A DNA stretch of 64,000 nt from an uncultured Chloroflexia bacterium. GTDB lineage: Bacteria; Chloroflexota; Limnocylindria; QHBO01. A program made the translations under genes and the position numbers. The stretch covers positions 320,001-384,000 of the forward strand of contig CAWFCQ010000008.1 in the NCBI GenBank assembly GCA_963814375.1, read 5' to 3'. A model generated the notes under the pieces. It had not been told where the DNA came from. It was given only the letters and a program-made list of their open reading frames with translations, and did not search any database. Positions 51,705 to 62,174 of the stretch are shown here, piece by piece. Positions within the stretch are counted from its first letter, which is position 1, and every line of letters starts with the position of its first letter.

Positions 51705-53048
51705 ATGACCTATTCCCCGCACACCGATGCCGATCGAGCCCGCATGCTCGAGGCGATCGGCGTGAGCGGCGTCGACGACCTCTTCGCCGACATCCCCGAG
51801 TCGGTGCGGGCCGGCGCCTGGAATGTTCCCGACCCACTCGTCGAGCAGGAGGTCCGCGCCGAGCTGGCGCGCGTCGCCGGCCGCAACCTCGTGCCCGAGG
51901 TCAGCTTCCTCGGTGCAGGCGTGTATCGGCACCTGATTCCGTCGGTGGTCGGCGAGGTGATCGGCCGCCCGGAGTTCGCGACCGCCTACACCCCGTACCA
52001 GCCCGAGGTCAGCCAGGGCACGCTCCAGAGCATCTACGAGTTCCAGTCGCTGATCTGCGAGCTGACCGGGATGGAGGTCGCCAGCGCCTCGCATTACGAC
52101 GGCGCCACCGCCACCGCCGAGGCGGCGCTGATGGCCTGCCGCCTCACCCGTCGCGGGCGCGTGGCGGTCTCGGCCGGCGTCAACCCGGACTACCGGCGCG
52201 TGCTCGAGACGTACTGCTCGGGGCCGGGAATCGAGGTCACGACCGTGCCGATCGACCTGGCCGACGACGGGACCGGGACGACCGATCCCACCGTGGCGGC
52301 GCAGTCGCTGGGCGACGACGTGGCATGCCTCGTTGCGGCGCAGCCGAACTTCTACGGCCAGATCGAGCCGATGCGGGAGCTCGCGGAAGCGGCGCATGCC
52401 GCGGGCGCCCAGCTGGTGGCCGTGGTCGAGCCGACCTCGCTCGCCCTGCTCGAGCCGCCGGGAGAGTACGGCGCCGACATCGTGGCGGCCGAGGGACAGC
52501 CCCTGGGCGTGCCGGCCAGCTTCGGCGGGCCCTACGTCGGGCTCATGGCTGCACGGATGGCATCGGTGCGCCAGATGCCCGGGCGCCTGGTCGGCACCAC
52601 CCGCGACGCCGAGGGCCGCAAGGGCTACGTGCTCACCCTCCAGGCTCGCGAGCAGCACATTCGGCGCGAGAAAGCGGCGAGCAACATCTGCACCAACCAG
52701 GCGCTCATGGCGCTGGCAGCAGCCGCCTACCTCTCCTCGGTCGGCCCGGCCGGGCTGCGTGAAGTGGCCGAGCTGTCGATGACCCAGGCGCGCCACGTCG
52801 CCGCCGCGCTCGAGGACGCGGGCCTCGCCGAGCGACGCTTCGCCGGCCCGTACTTCGCCGAAGTCACGCTCCGGGTGCCGGACGCGGCGCGGCGGCACGC
52901 TGCGCTGGCGGAGCGGGGGATCGTTGCCGGGTATCTCCCCGAGCGGGACGAGCCGGCGCTACGCGACACGCTGCTGCTCGCCGCCACCGAGCTGACCACC
53001 GACGCCGACATCGAGCGCCTCGTCGACGCACTCGAGACGACACGATGA
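51705..53048 (+). CDS. gcvPA: Glycine dehydrogenase subunit 1
   Basis: FLGAG, TAYTPYQPEVSQG, GGP, REQHIRREKAASNICTNQ. Confidence 0.95.
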   Translation: MTYSPHTDADRARMLEAIGVSGVDDLFADIPESVRAGAWNVPDPLVEQEVRAELARVAGRNLVPEVSFLGAGVYRHLIPSVVGEVIGRPEFATAYTPYQPEVSQGTLQSIYEFQSLICELTGMEVASASHYDGATATAEAALMACRLTRRGRVAVSAGVNPDYRRVLETYCSGPGIEVTTVPIDLADDGTGTTDPTVAAQSLGDDVACLVAAQPNFYGQIEPMRELAEAAHAAGAQLVAVVEPTSLALLEPPGEYGADIVAAEGQPLGVPASFGGPYVGLMAARMASVRQMPGRLVGTTRDAEGRKGYVLTLQAREQHIRREKAASNICTNQALMALAAAAYLSSVGPAGLREVAELSMTQARHVAAALEDAGLAERRFAGPYFAEVTLRVPDAARRHAALAERGIVAGYLPERDEPALRDTLLLAATELTTDADIERLVDALETTR

Positions 53049-54691
53049 GCGTGGCCGACGCACCGCCCGTGGACGCTTCGGGTCGCGGCGCCGCGTTCTC
53101 GGGCCCAAGCGGCGGCGATGAGCTGCGCGTCGTCGAGCCGCTGATCTTCGAGCGCTCGCGTTCCGAGCGACGCGGCGTCCGCTTCCCATCGGCCTCCGAG
53201 CGCGCGCGAGAGGCAGCGGCGGGGCAGCCGGCGCTGCCCGCATCGGCCCTGCGCAAAGAGGCGGCGCGCCTGCCCGAGGTGAGCGAGCTCGAGCTGCTGC
53301 GACACTACAACCGCCTGGCGCACCTCAACCAAGCGATCGACCTGAACTTCTATCCGCTCGGCTCATGCACGATGAAGTACAACCCGAAGGTCAACGAGTG
53401 GGCGGCGCGGCTGCCCGGGCTGGCGGAGTCGCACCCGCTCGACCCCGAGGCGCTCAGCCAGGGCTCGCTCGAGCTGATGTGGCTCCTCGCCGAGCTGCTC
53501 AAGGAGATCAGCGGGTTCGATGCGGTCAGCCTCCAGCCTGCGGCCGGGGCGCACGGCGAGCTGACCGGGATGCTCATGACACGTGCCTTCCACCAGGCCA
53601 ACGGTGAGGGCGAGACGCGCACCAAGGTCCTCGTCCCGGACTCGGCGCACGGGACGAACCCGGCGACGGCCACGATGGTCGGCTACGAGACGGTGACGAT
53701 TCGATCGAACGAGCGCGGCGGCATCGACCTCGAGGCGCTGCGCGCGGCGCTCGGTCCGGACGTCGCAGCGCTCATGATCACGAACCCCTCGACCCTCGGT
53801 ATTTTCGAGGACCAGATCGACCAGGTGGTCGCCGCCGTCCGCGAGGCCGGCGCGATCTCGTACATGGACGGCGCCAACCTCAACGCCATCCTCGGCCGCT
53901 TCCGCCCGGGAGAGGCCGGCTTCGACGTGATGCACTTCAACCTCCACAAGACGTTCAGCACCCCGCATGGCGGCGGGGGACCCGGCGCCGGCCCGGTCGG
54001 TGTCAGCGCCCGGCTGGAGCCATACCTGCCGGCGCCCATTCCGACGCTCGTCGAAGGCGACCCCGAGGAGGTCCGGGCCAACGCCTGGGGCGGCCGATCC
54101 ACTCCCTCGGCTCGTTTCGCGCTTGACTGGGATCGGCCGGACAGCATCGGCAAGGTTCGAAGCTGCTACGGCAACTTCGGCATGTTCGTCCGCGCCTATA
54201 CCTACATCCGCTCGAACGGCGACACGGGCCTGCGCACGATCAGCGAGGACGCGGTCCTGGCCGCCAACTACCTCCGTGTGCGGCTGCACGACGTCTACGA
54301 CCTGCCCTACGACCGTCTGTCGAAGCACGAGGTCGTCTTCAGCGGACGCCGCCAGAAGCGCGAGCATGGCGTCACGACGCTCGACATCGCCAAGGCCATT
54401 CTCGACCACGGCATCCACCCGCCCACCATCTACTTCCCGCTGATCGTGGAAGAGGCGCTGATGGTCGAGCCGACGGAGACCGAGAGCCTCGAGACGCTCG
54501 ACCACTTCATCGGTGTGATGCGCGAGATCGCCGACCAGGCCGGCACGGATCCGGCGGCCATCAAGCGCGCCCCCACGAGCACTCCGGTCGGCCGGCTGGA
54601 CGAGGCCGCCGCCGCGCGCCGGCCGGACCTCCGCCATCGCTTCCCCGACGAGGCGGATGCAACCGACGCCGTACCGACGGCATCGGTCTGA
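53045..54691 (+). CDS. gcvPB: Glycine dehydrogenase subunit 2
   Basis: YPLGSCTMKYNP, QPAAGAHGE, SAHGTNPA, HFNLHKTFSTPHGGGGPG, EPTETES. Confidence 0.95.
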   Translation: MSVADAPPVDASGRGAAFSGPSGGDELRVVEPLIFERSRSERRGVRFPSASERAREAAAGQPALPASALRKEAARLPEVSELELLRHYNRLAHLNQAIDLNFYPLGSCTMKYNPKVNEWAARLPGLAESHPLDPEALSQGSLELMWLLAELLKEISGFDAVSLQPAAGAHGELTGMLMTRAFHQANGEGETRTKVLVPDSAHGTNPATATMVGYETVTIRSNERGGIDLEALRAALGPDVAALMITNPSTLGIFEDQIDQVVAAVREAGAISYMDGANLNAILGRFRPGEAGFDVMHFNLHKTFSTPHGGGGPGAGPVGVSARLEPYLPAPIPTLVEGDPEEVRANAWGGRSTPSARFALDWDRPDSIGKVRSCYGNFGMFVRAYTYIRSNGDTGLRTISEDAVLAANYLRVRLHDVYDLPYDRLSKHEVVFSGRRQKREHGVTTLDIAKAILDHGIHPPTIYFPLIVEEALMVEPTETESLETLDHFIGVMREIADQAGTDPAAIKRAPTSTPVGRLDEAAAARRPDLRHRFPDEADATDAVPTASV

Positions 54692-54716
54692 ACCTATCAG
54701 GACCCCCCGGCGTACT

Positions 54717-55349
54717 ATGACAAACCCCAGCGGCGACCCAGCTGCGCAGGTGCCAGTGGAACAAAGAGTGTCCGACGACCTCGTCAGGCGTATGCAGGGC
54801 GGTGACCTGGATGCGTTCGAAGAGTTCTTCAATCGGTTCAAGCGCCCGGTCTATGCGACGGCGCTTGCGATCACGCGCGACCCGTTCCTTGCCGAGGAGG
54901 TCCTCCAGGACTGCTTCGTCAAGGCCTACCGCGTGCGCGAGCGGCTCGATCCGGGGCGCTCGCCGCTGCCGTGGCTTCAGCGCGTGACGATCAACCTGTG
55001 CTACAGCCGGGTGAGCCGCCGCAAGGCGCTGGCGGAGCCGATCACGAGCCTCATCACCAACCTTGTGGTCGATCTCTCGGCGCGGCCGGACCAGGTCGTC
55101 GAGTCGCGCGAGGTGCTCGACGTCCTCCAGCGCGGGATCGATGCCCTCCCGCCGAAGCAGCAGACCGCCGTCATCCTCTACTACCTGCACGGCTACTCGC
55201 TGGCGGAGGCGGCCGAGATCGCCGACTGCAACGTCGGGACGATGAAGTCTCGCCTGCACTACGCCCTCAAGGCGCTGCGCGCCAGGCTGCCGGTCGAGCG
55301 ACGCCTGCCCGTCGGGGGCGCCGCACCGGTGCGGGTCACGAACCGATGA
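54717..55349 (+). CDS. ECF sigma-70 factor (start may be a downstream GTG at 54756 or 54768)
   Basis: GDLDAFEEFF, AEEVLQDCF, PWLQRVTIN, LPPKQQTAVIL, EAAEIADCNVGTMKSRLHYA. Confidence 0.92.
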   Translation: MTNPSGDPAAQVPVEQRVSDDLVRRMQGGDLDAFEEFFNRFKRPVYATALAITRDPFLAEEVLQDCFVKAYRVRERLDPGRSPLPWLQRVTINLCYSRVSRRKALAEPITSLITNLVVDLSARPDQVVESREVLDVLQRGIDALPPKQQTAVILYYLHGYSLAEAAEIADCNVGTMKSRLHYALKALRARLPVERRLPVGGAAPVRVTNR

Positions 55350-56053
55350 GGTGCCGCCGCATCTGCCGCGAGCTCCTGTGGTTGGCCCGGTTCGGCGAGT
55401 TCGGGCCCAGCTCGCAGCCGCATCTCGAGCACCTTGCGGCATGCCGCGCTTGCCGCGACGAGGTCGGTTTCGATCGCGCCATGGTCGAGCAGCTGCGGAT
55501 CGCGCTCGCCGCTCGCATCGATGGCGCCACGCCGTCGCCCAGCGCGTGGGATCGAATCCTCGCCCGCGCGCAAGACCCGGAGCCGCGCGTCGGCGAGCGG
55601 CTCTGGGGATGGTCGACCTCGATGGTCTCCCGCCTTCGCTTCGCGACGGCAATGGCCGGGACCGGGCTGGCGCTGATCCTCGCCCTCAACACGCAGATCG
55701 TGCCTCTCGGCCTGCCGGCCAGCGACGCAGATGGCCAGCGCGGCGAGCCGAGCGCGCTGGAGCGAGTCCCGCGAGTGCCGCCACCGCAGAGCGCTCTGGC
55801 GGCGCTGCTGGAGCAATGGGGCGGTGCCGGCGACGGTGCCTCGCGCCCCGATCCCGAGGCCGTGATGGCCCTTGCCGGCCGCGTCCCGCAGGCGGACAGC
55901 GGCGCCACGGCGCCCGTCGCCCAGCCGCAGCTGAGGATCTCGTTCCAGTCGACGCAGACGCCCGAGCCCGAGCCGGCCGGTGCAATTGCGTCCATTCAAT
56001 CGGAAGGCGCGTCGTCCTCTCCATCGGGGAGCGAGCCTGGCGTGCCTTCCTGA
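55346..56053 (+). CDS. Zinc-binding anti-sigma factor-like membrane protein
   Basis: HLAACRAC (HxxxCxxC), one hydrophobic segment, ATGA coupling with the sigma gene. Confidence 0.75.
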   Translation: MRCRRICRELLWLARFGEFGPSSQPHLEHLAACRACRDEVGFDRAMVEQLRIALAARIDGATPSPSAWDRILARAQDPEPRVGERLWGWSTSMVSRLRFATAMAGTGLALILALNTQIVPLGLPASDADGQRGEPSALERVPRVPPPQSALAALLEQWGGAGDGASRPDPEAVMALAGRVPQADSGATAPVAQPQLRISFQSTQTPEPEPAGAIASIQSEGASSSPSGSEPGVPS

Positions 56054-56177
56054 TTCCCAGCGAAGTGTGCGAGACTAGCGCACCGTTTTGGCGAGGATCA
56101 GCCCCGGATCACCGGCAGATGCCGAGCGTTCGACCGGAGCGGTGGTCCGCGTGAACAAACCACTTGGAGGAGCTTGG

Positions 56178-57947
56178 ATGCGCACTTGGAGATGGATCTC
56201 CGTATTCGCCGTCCTGGCGCTCGTGCTGGCCGCGTGCGGCTCAGAGGGCACCAGTCCGTCGGCGGAGGAGTCGGAGGCCCCGAGCGGCTCAGAGGGAGCC
56301 GAACCGTCGGCAAGCGCCGCCGGCGAACCAGTGGCGGGCGGAACGCTCGTCTTCGCGGGCGCGCGCCTGGCGTCGTCGCTCGACCCGGCCCGCACGAGCG
56401 ACGGTGAGTCGTTCCGCGTTCTGCAGCAGATCTACGAGCCGCTCGTCGACCTCGCGCCGGGCTCGACCTCGGAGCTCGAGGGCGTCCTCGCCGAGAGCTG
56501 GGACGGCGGGCCTGAGGACACGGAGATCGTGTTCCACCTGCGCGAGGGCGTGACGTTCCACGACGGGACGCCGTTCAACGCTGAGGCGGTGAAGATCAAC
56601 TTCGATCGGATGCAGAACTTCGTTCCCGAGATCCAGGCGGACGCGTATTACTACGGCGCCCTCATGGACGGCTTCGGTGCGGAGAACCTCATCTCGAGCG
56701 TGGAAGCCACCGATGAGCTGACGGTCACGATCACGCTGCGCGAGCCGTCGCCCACCTTCCTGTTCGGCATCACCCTGACGCCGTTCGCCATCATCAGCCC
56801 GGCGGTTCTGGAGGCGACCGACGCCGCCAATCCGCAGAGCACCTTGGGCACCGAGGTGACCCAGGGCGGCACGGGGCCGTTCGTCTTCGAGGACTATGTC
56901 CCCGAGGAGAGCGCCACCCTGGTCCGCAACGATGACTACTGGGGCGACCCGGCGTACCTCGACCGCCTGATCATTCGGCCGATTGCCGATCCTGCGGCGC
57001 GCCTTCAGGCGCTCCAGGGCGGCAGCGTCCAGGGCTACGACCTGGTCAGCCCGTCCGACTACGAGACCGTCGAGAGCGAGGGCTTCTCGCTCGTCGAGCG
57101 CCTCTCGTTCAACGGGCTCTATCTCGGCCTGACCCCCTCGGCACGCGAGACTGTCGCCGGCCTCGAGGGTGAGGCCGCTCGATCCGACCTAACCGACGTG
57201 TATGCCGGTGAGACCTCCCCGCTGCAGGATCTTGCGGTCCGGCAGGCGGTCGCCATGGCGATCGACAAGGAGGCGCTGATCGGGCCGTTCTATGGCGGCC
57301 GCGGTGAGGCAGCCGACATCTTCATGCCACCGTCGAGTGCGTGGCACGATGCTGTCCTGGCCGGCGTCGAGCCGACGGCCTTCGATCCCGAGGGCGCACG
57401 CGCGCTGCTCGAGACCGCTGGCTTCAGCGAGGAGAACCCCGCGACGATCCACTTCTGGTATCCGACCGAGGTGACCCGTCCGTACATGCCGGATCCGGCC
57501 GGCCTGCATCAGGCAGTGAGCCAGATGCTCGAGGATGCCGGATTCGTTGTTGAGCCGCACAGCGATATCTGGGACAGCCCCGGATACCTGTTCGACGCTC
57601 AGAACGGCTACTACGACATGCACTTCCTCGGCTGGACCGGCGACTATGACGATCCGGAGAACTGGTACGGCGTTCACTTCGGCTACCAGCAGGGAGTGGC
57701 TGCCGCCCAGTTCGGATGCGACGTCGATGGTCTCGAGGAGGCGATCGACACGGCGTACGCCGAGCTCGACGAGACGGCACGTGGCGAGGCCTGGGCGACG
57801 GTCGCCGGGCTGATCCACGAGAACGTCTGCTTCGTGACCCTGGTGCACGGTGATACGGCACTCGCCTTCACCGATGTCGTCCAGGGCTACGAGCCGAACC
57901 CGACTGGCTCCGAGAGCTTCCGGACGGTCTGGCTGAGCGGCGAGTAG
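56178..57947 (+). CDS. dppA: Peptide ABC transporter substrate-binding lipoprotein (family 5)
   Basis: Lipobox LAAC; LREGVTFHDGTPFNAEAV, GTGPF, VRQAVAMAID, YMPDP, GWTGD; GGAGGAG RBS. Confidence 0.9.
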   Translation: MRTWRWISVFAVLALVLAACGSEGTSPSAEESEAPSGSEGAEPSASAAGEPVAGGTLVFAGARLASSLDPARTSDGESFRVLQQIYEPLVDLAPGSTSELEGVLAESWDGGPEDTEIVFHLREGVTFHDGTPFNAEAVKINFDRMQNFVPEIQADAYYYGALMDGFGAENLISSVEATDELTVTITLREPSPTFLFGITLTPFAIISPAVLEATDAANPQSTLGTEVTQGGTGPFVFEDYVPEESATLVRNDDYWGDPAYLDRLIIRPIADPAARLQALQGGSVQGYDLVSPSDYETVESEGFSLVERLSFNGLYLGLTPSARETVAGLEGEAARSDLTDVYAGETSPLQDLAVRQAVAMAIDKEALIGPFYGGRGEAADIFMPPSSAWHDAVLAGVEPTAFDPEGARALLETAGFSEENPATIHFWYPTEVTRPYMPDPAGLHQAVSQMLEDAGFVVEPHSDIWDSPGYLFDAQNGYYDMHFLGWTGDYDDPENWYGVHFGYQQGVAAAQFGCDVDGLEEAIDTAYAELDETARGEAWATVAGLIHENVCFVTLVHGDTALAFTDVVQGYEPNPTGSESFRTVWLSGE

Positions 57948-57972
57948 CCACTCACCGACCGTCGAATAGACT

Positions 57973-58005
57973 GAGAGGGCCTCGGCCGTGAGCCGGGGCC
58001 CTCTC
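57973..58005 (+). terminator. Intra-operon stem-loop after the binding-protein gene (no U-tail)
   Basis: GAGAGGGCCTCGGC-cgtga-GCCGGGGCCCTCTC. Confidence 0.55.
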
Positions 58006-58034
58006 GCCTTACCCCGTCGAGAGACAGGAGCCAC

Positions 58035-59042
58035 GTGGGCAAGTTCATCCTCAGGCGGCTGCTCATCCTCATCCCGATCCTGTTCGGGCTGACGGTCCTG
58101 ATCTTCCTGTTCATCCGCATGCTCCCGGGCGACCCGGCCAGCGCGATCCTGGGTGAGCGAGCCACCGCCGGCGACATCGAGCGTGTGCGCGCGGCCCTTG
58201 GACTTGACCGCCCGCTGTTCGAGCAGTACCTGGAGTACCTGCGCGGGCTCCTGACCCTTGACCTCGGCAGCAGCTTCATCACCGGCCGCGACGTGGCCGA
58301 CGACTTCCTCCAGCGCTTCCCGGCCACGATCGAGCTGACAGTGGCAGCGATGCTGTTCGCGCTGACCCTCGGCATCCCGCTGGGAATGATCACCGCCAAG
58401 CGGCGCGGCACGTGGGTGGACAGCCTCGGCACAGTGGTCGCGCTCATCGGCATCAGCATCCCGATCTTCTTCCTGGGCCTGATGCTGAAGTACATGTTCG
58501 CGATCCAGTGGCCGATCCTTCCCGACTCCGGCCGGATCGACCTCATCGAGTACTTCATCCCGCGCGTCACGAACTTCATGACGATCGACACGCTCATCGC
58601 CGGCCAACCGGGCGGGTTCGTGGACTCCCTTCGACATCTGATCCTGCCCGCCATCGCGCTCGGCACGATCCCGCTGGCCATCATCATGCGCATCACCCGC
58701 GCCAGCGTCGTCGACGTCCTGAACGAGGACTACGTGCGCACCGCGAAGGCCAAGGGCCTGCCGTCGGGCACCGTCGACAACCGCCATGTGCTGCGCAACG
58801 CGATGCTGCCGGTGGTCACGGTCATCGGCCTCCAGACGGGGCTGCTGCTGGGCGGCGCGATCCTGACCGAGACGATCTTCGGCTGGGGCGGCGTGGGAAC
58901 GTGGATCTATGACGCCGTCCGCAGCAACGACTACCAGGTGATCCAGAGCGGTGTGCTGCTGCTCGCGCTGATCTTCGTCTTCGTCAACCTGATCGTCGAT
59001 GTCAGCTATGCGTTTCTCAACCCGAGGATCCGGTACTCATGA
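58035..59042 (+). CDS. dppB: Peptide ABC transporter permease
   Basis: LPGDPA, GLDRP, PATIEL, DYVRTAKAKGL, HVLRNA, LNPRIRY. Confidence 0.92.
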   Translation: MGKFILRRLLILIPILFGLTVLIFLFIRMLPGDPASAILGERATAGDIERVRAALGLDRPLFEQYLEYLRGLLTLDLGSSFITGRDVADDFLQRFPATIELTVAAMLFALTLGIPLGMITAKRRGTWVDSLGTVVALIGISIPIFFLGLMLKYMFAIQWPILPDSGRIDLIEYFIPRVTNFMTIDTLIAGQPGGFVDSLRHLILPAIALGTIPLAIIMRITRASVVDVLNEDYVRTAKAKGLPSGTVDNRHVLRNAMLPVVTVIGLQTGLLLGGAILTETIFGWGGVGTWIYDAVRSNDYQVIQSGVLLLALIFVFVNLIVDVSYAFLNPRIRYS

Positions 59043-59932
59043 CGACGCCGGCCGCGACGATGGGCGTCCAGCTCCAGGAGGAGAAGCCTGTCGGCCTGTG
59101 GACCGATGCGTTTCGCCGCATGCGCCACAGCCCATCGGCGATCATCGGCTTCTCGATCGTCGGGTTCTTCCTCTTCGTCGCGATCTTCGCGCCACTCCTG
59201 ACGCCGTACGATCCGGCGCGCGGAAACCTGGCGGATAGCTATCTGCCGCCATCCCGAGAGCACTGGATGGGCACGAACATCCAGGGCCAGGACGTCATGG
59301 CGCGGATCATCTACGGTGCCCGTCTGACACTCGGCATCGCCGTCCTGTCGGTCACCATCGGTGTCACCGTCGGCGCCTTCTTCGGATCGGTCGCCGGCTT
59401 CTTCCGCGGCACGATCGACGGGATCATCATGCGCGGCGTCGACATCATGCTGGCGGTGCCCGGGCTCCTGCTGGCGATCGGCATCGTGACCTTCCTGGGG
59501 CGTGGTGTCGTCCAGATCTCGATCGCCATCGCCATCGTCAACGTGCCGATCTTCGCGCGCCTCCTGCGGGCAAGCCTGCTCGGGCTGCGTGAGGCTGACT
59601 ACGTCGTGGCGGCACGCTCGGTCGGGGTGCGCGGGCCGACCATCCTCGGACGTCACATGCTGCCGAACGCGATCGGCCCGCTCATCGTCCAGGCCACGCT
59701 CGCCCTGGCCACCGCCGTGGTTGATGCCGCCGCCCTCGGCTTCCTCGGCCTCGGGCCGGAGGATCCAGCGACGCCGGAGTGGGGGATGATGCTGTCGGAC
59801 ACGTACCGCTACCTCAACGACGCGGCCTATCTGGCGTTCTTCCCTGGCGTCGCGATCGTGCTGAGCGTCCTCGGATTCAATCTCCTCGGAGACGGCATGC
59901 GCGAAGCGCTCGATCCGAAGCTGCGCCGATGA
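59039..59932 (+). CDS. dppC: Peptide ABC transporter permease
   Basis: HWMGT..GQD, YGAR, YVVAARSVG, HMLPN, PEWG, FNLLGDGMREALDP. Confidence 0.92.
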   Translation: MTTPAATMGVQLQEEKPVGLWTDAFRRMRHSPSAIIGFSIVGFFLFVAIFAPLLTPYDPARGNLADSYLPPSREHWMGTNIQGQDVMARIIYGARLTLGIAVLSVTIGVTVGAFFGSVAGFFRGTIDGIIMRGVDIMLAVPGLLLAIGIVTFLGRGVVQISIAIAIVNVPIFARLLRASLLGLREADYVVAARSVGVRGPTILGRHMLPNAIGPLIVQATLALATAVVDAAALGFLGLGPEDPATPEWGMMLSDTYRYLNDAAYLAFFPGVAIVLSVLGFNLLGDGMREALDPKLRR

Positions 59933-60978
59933 TCCGCACCGAGCCCGCAGAGACCCAGCCGCTCCTGTCGGTGCGTGACCTGCACGTCACCTTCGGCACC
60001 GGGGATCGCACGGTCCACGCCGTGAACGGGATCAGCTATGACCTCGAGGAGGGCGAGACGCTGGGGGTGGTTGGCGAGTCGGGCTGCGGCAAGAGTGTCA
60101 GCTCCCTGGCTCTGATGCGGCTGCTGCCGAAGCCTGCCGCCCGCGTCACCGCCGACCGGATCCTCTTCGACGGCGAGGACATGCTCACCCTCTCGGAGGA
60201 GGCGGCGCGCCAGATGCGCGGCAACCGAATGGCGATGATCTTCCAGGACCCGATGACCTCGCTCAACCCGGTTCTCACCATCGAGCGGCAGCTGACCGAG
60301 GTCCTCGAGACGCATCGCAAGCTGAAGCGCAAGGGCGCGATCCTGCGAGCGATCGAGCTGCTCGAGCTCGTCGGGATCCCGGCGGCGAAGAAGCGGCTCA
60401 ACGACTACCCGCACCAGTTCAGCGGTGGGATGCGCCAGCGCGTGATGATCGCCATCGCCCTTGCCTGCGACCCCCAGCTGCTCATCGCCGATGAGCCGAC
60501 CACGGCACTCGACGTCACCATCCAGGCCCAGATCCTCGACCTCATGCGCAGCACGGCGATGGAGTCCGGCGCCGCGCTCATCCTCATCACCCATGACCTC
60601 GGTGTGGTTGCCGGGATGGCTCGCAGGATCAACGTCATGTACGCCGGGCACATCGTCGAGCGCGCCGAGACGGAGGAGCTCTACGGCCGGCCGCGACATC
60701 CGTACACGGTGGGCCTCCTGCAATCGATCCCGCGCCTCGATGCCCAGGGCCGTGGCGAGCTGGTGCCGATCCAGGGACAGCCTCCGGACCTGTCACGTGA
60801 GATCGCCGGATGCCCCTTCGCCGCCCGATGCTTCAACGTCATCGAGCGCTGCCATGTCGAGATGCCGCCGCTCGAGCAGGCGCCGGGCGCCGCCGACGGT
60901 CACGACGTCGCGTGCTGGAACCCAGCCGAGGGCGAGTCGCTCGTCCCGTCCGGCTTCGCGGTGGAGCAGGCCTCATGA
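59929..60978 (+). CDS. dppD: Peptide ABC transporter ATP-binding protein
   Basis: [51 protein letters not shown]. Confidence 0.92.
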   Translation: MIRTEPAETQPLLSVRDLHVTFGTGDRTVHAVNGISYDLEEGETLGVVGESGCGKSVSSLALMRLLPKPAARVTADRILFDGEDMLTLSEEAARQMRGNRMAMIFQDPMTSLNPVLTIERQLTEVLETHRKLKRKGAILRAIELLELVGIPAAKKRLNDYPHQFSGGMRQRVMIAIALACDPQLLIADEPTTALDVTIQAQILDLMRSTAMESGAALILITHDLGVVAGMARRINVMYAGHIVERAETEELYGRPRHPYTVGLLQSIPRLDAQGRGELVPIQGQPPDLSREIAGCPFAARCFNVIERCHVEMPPLEQAPGAADGHDVACWNPAEGESLVPSGFAVEQAS

Positions 60979-62156
60979 CGACCACGACCGAGCCCCAGAC
61001 GGTGGCCGGCGCGACGGGTGCTCAGCCGCTGCTGCGCACCGAGGGGCTGAAGGTGCACTTCCCCATCACGGAGGGCATCATCTTCGAACGCCAGATCGGC
61101 GCGGTCCGCGCCGTCGACGGCGTCTCGCTCGAGGTGTACCCCGGCGAGACGCTGGGCCTCGTGGGAGAGTCGGGCTGCGGCAAATCGACCTTCGCGCGCG
61201 CTGTCATCCGGCTGCTCGACACGACCGCCGGTTCCATCGTCTTCGACGGGACCGACATCACCTCCCTCAAGGGGGACGCCATGCGGCGCACGCGGCGGCG
61301 GATGCAGATGATCTTCCAGGACCCCTACGCATCCCTCAACCCGCGCATGACGATCGGCTCGATGCTGACCGAGCCGCTGCGCGTGCACAACATCGCGCGC
61401 GGGAAGGAGGCCGCCAAGCGGGCGCAGCGCCTGGTCGAGATCGTCGGGCTGCCCCGCAACGCGATCAACCGATACCCGCACGAGTTCAGTGGCGGCCAGC
61501 GGCAGCGCGCCGGGATCGCGCGCGCCCTGGCGGTCCAGCCGGAGTTCATCGCCGCCGACGAGGCCGTATCGGCCCTCGACGTCTCGATCCAGGCCCAGAT
61601 CATCAACCTCCTCGCCGAGCTCCAGCGCGAGTTCAACCTGACCTACCTGTTCATCGCCCACGACCTGTCGGTCGTGCGCCACATCAGCGACCGGATCGCG
61701 GTGATGTACCTCGGTGAGGTGGTCGAGCTCTCTCCGTCGCGCGAGCTCTACGACCAGCCGCTGCACCCGTACACCTGCGCGCTGGTGAGCGCGGTGCCCA
61801 TCCCGGATCCGCGGGTCGAGACGAAGCGCAAGCGCATGATCCTGCGCGGCGACGTGCCGTCGCCGGCGAACCCTCCCTCCGGCTGCCGCTTCCACACGCG
61901 CTGCTGGCTGCGCCGCGAGCTCGGCGATCCGGAGCGGTGCGCCGTCGAGTCGCCGGAGCTGCGCGAGATGCGGACGGGTCACCGCGTCGCCTGCCATTTC
62001 GCCGAGGAGCTGATGGGAGAGCGGCGCGGGCAGCTGCTTGGCCTCGGCGCCGAGCACTCGGACGTGCGCGACACGACCGAGGAGGCGCTGGTGGCGCCCG
62101 ACGTCGCGCCGGCGCCCGAGCCGGAAGACCTGCGCAAGGACGTGCTCCAGCACTGA
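60975..62156 (+). CDS. dppF: Peptide ABC transporter ATP-binding protein
   Basis: [49 protein letters not shown]. Confidence 0.92.
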   Translation: MTTTTEPQTVAGATGAQPLLRTEGLKVHFPITEGIIFERQIGAVRAVDGVSLEVYPGETLGLVGESGCGKSTFARAVIRLLDTTAGSIVFDGTDITSLKGDAMRRTRRRMQMIFQDPYASLNPRMTIGSMLTEPLRVHNIARGKEAAKRAQRLVEIVGLPRNAINRYPHEFSGGQRQRAGIARALAVQPEFIAADEAVSALDVSIQAQIINLLAELQREFNLTYLFIAHDLSVVRHISDRIAVMYLGEVVELSPSRELYDQPLHPYTCALVSAVPIPDPRVETKRKRMILRGDVPSPANPPSGCRFHTRCWLRRELGDPERCAVESPELREMRTGHRVACHFAEELMGERRGQLLGLGAEHSDVRDTTEEALVAPDVAPAPEPEDLRKDVLQH

Positions 62157-62174
62157 TCGGCTAGGCTGCGCGAC

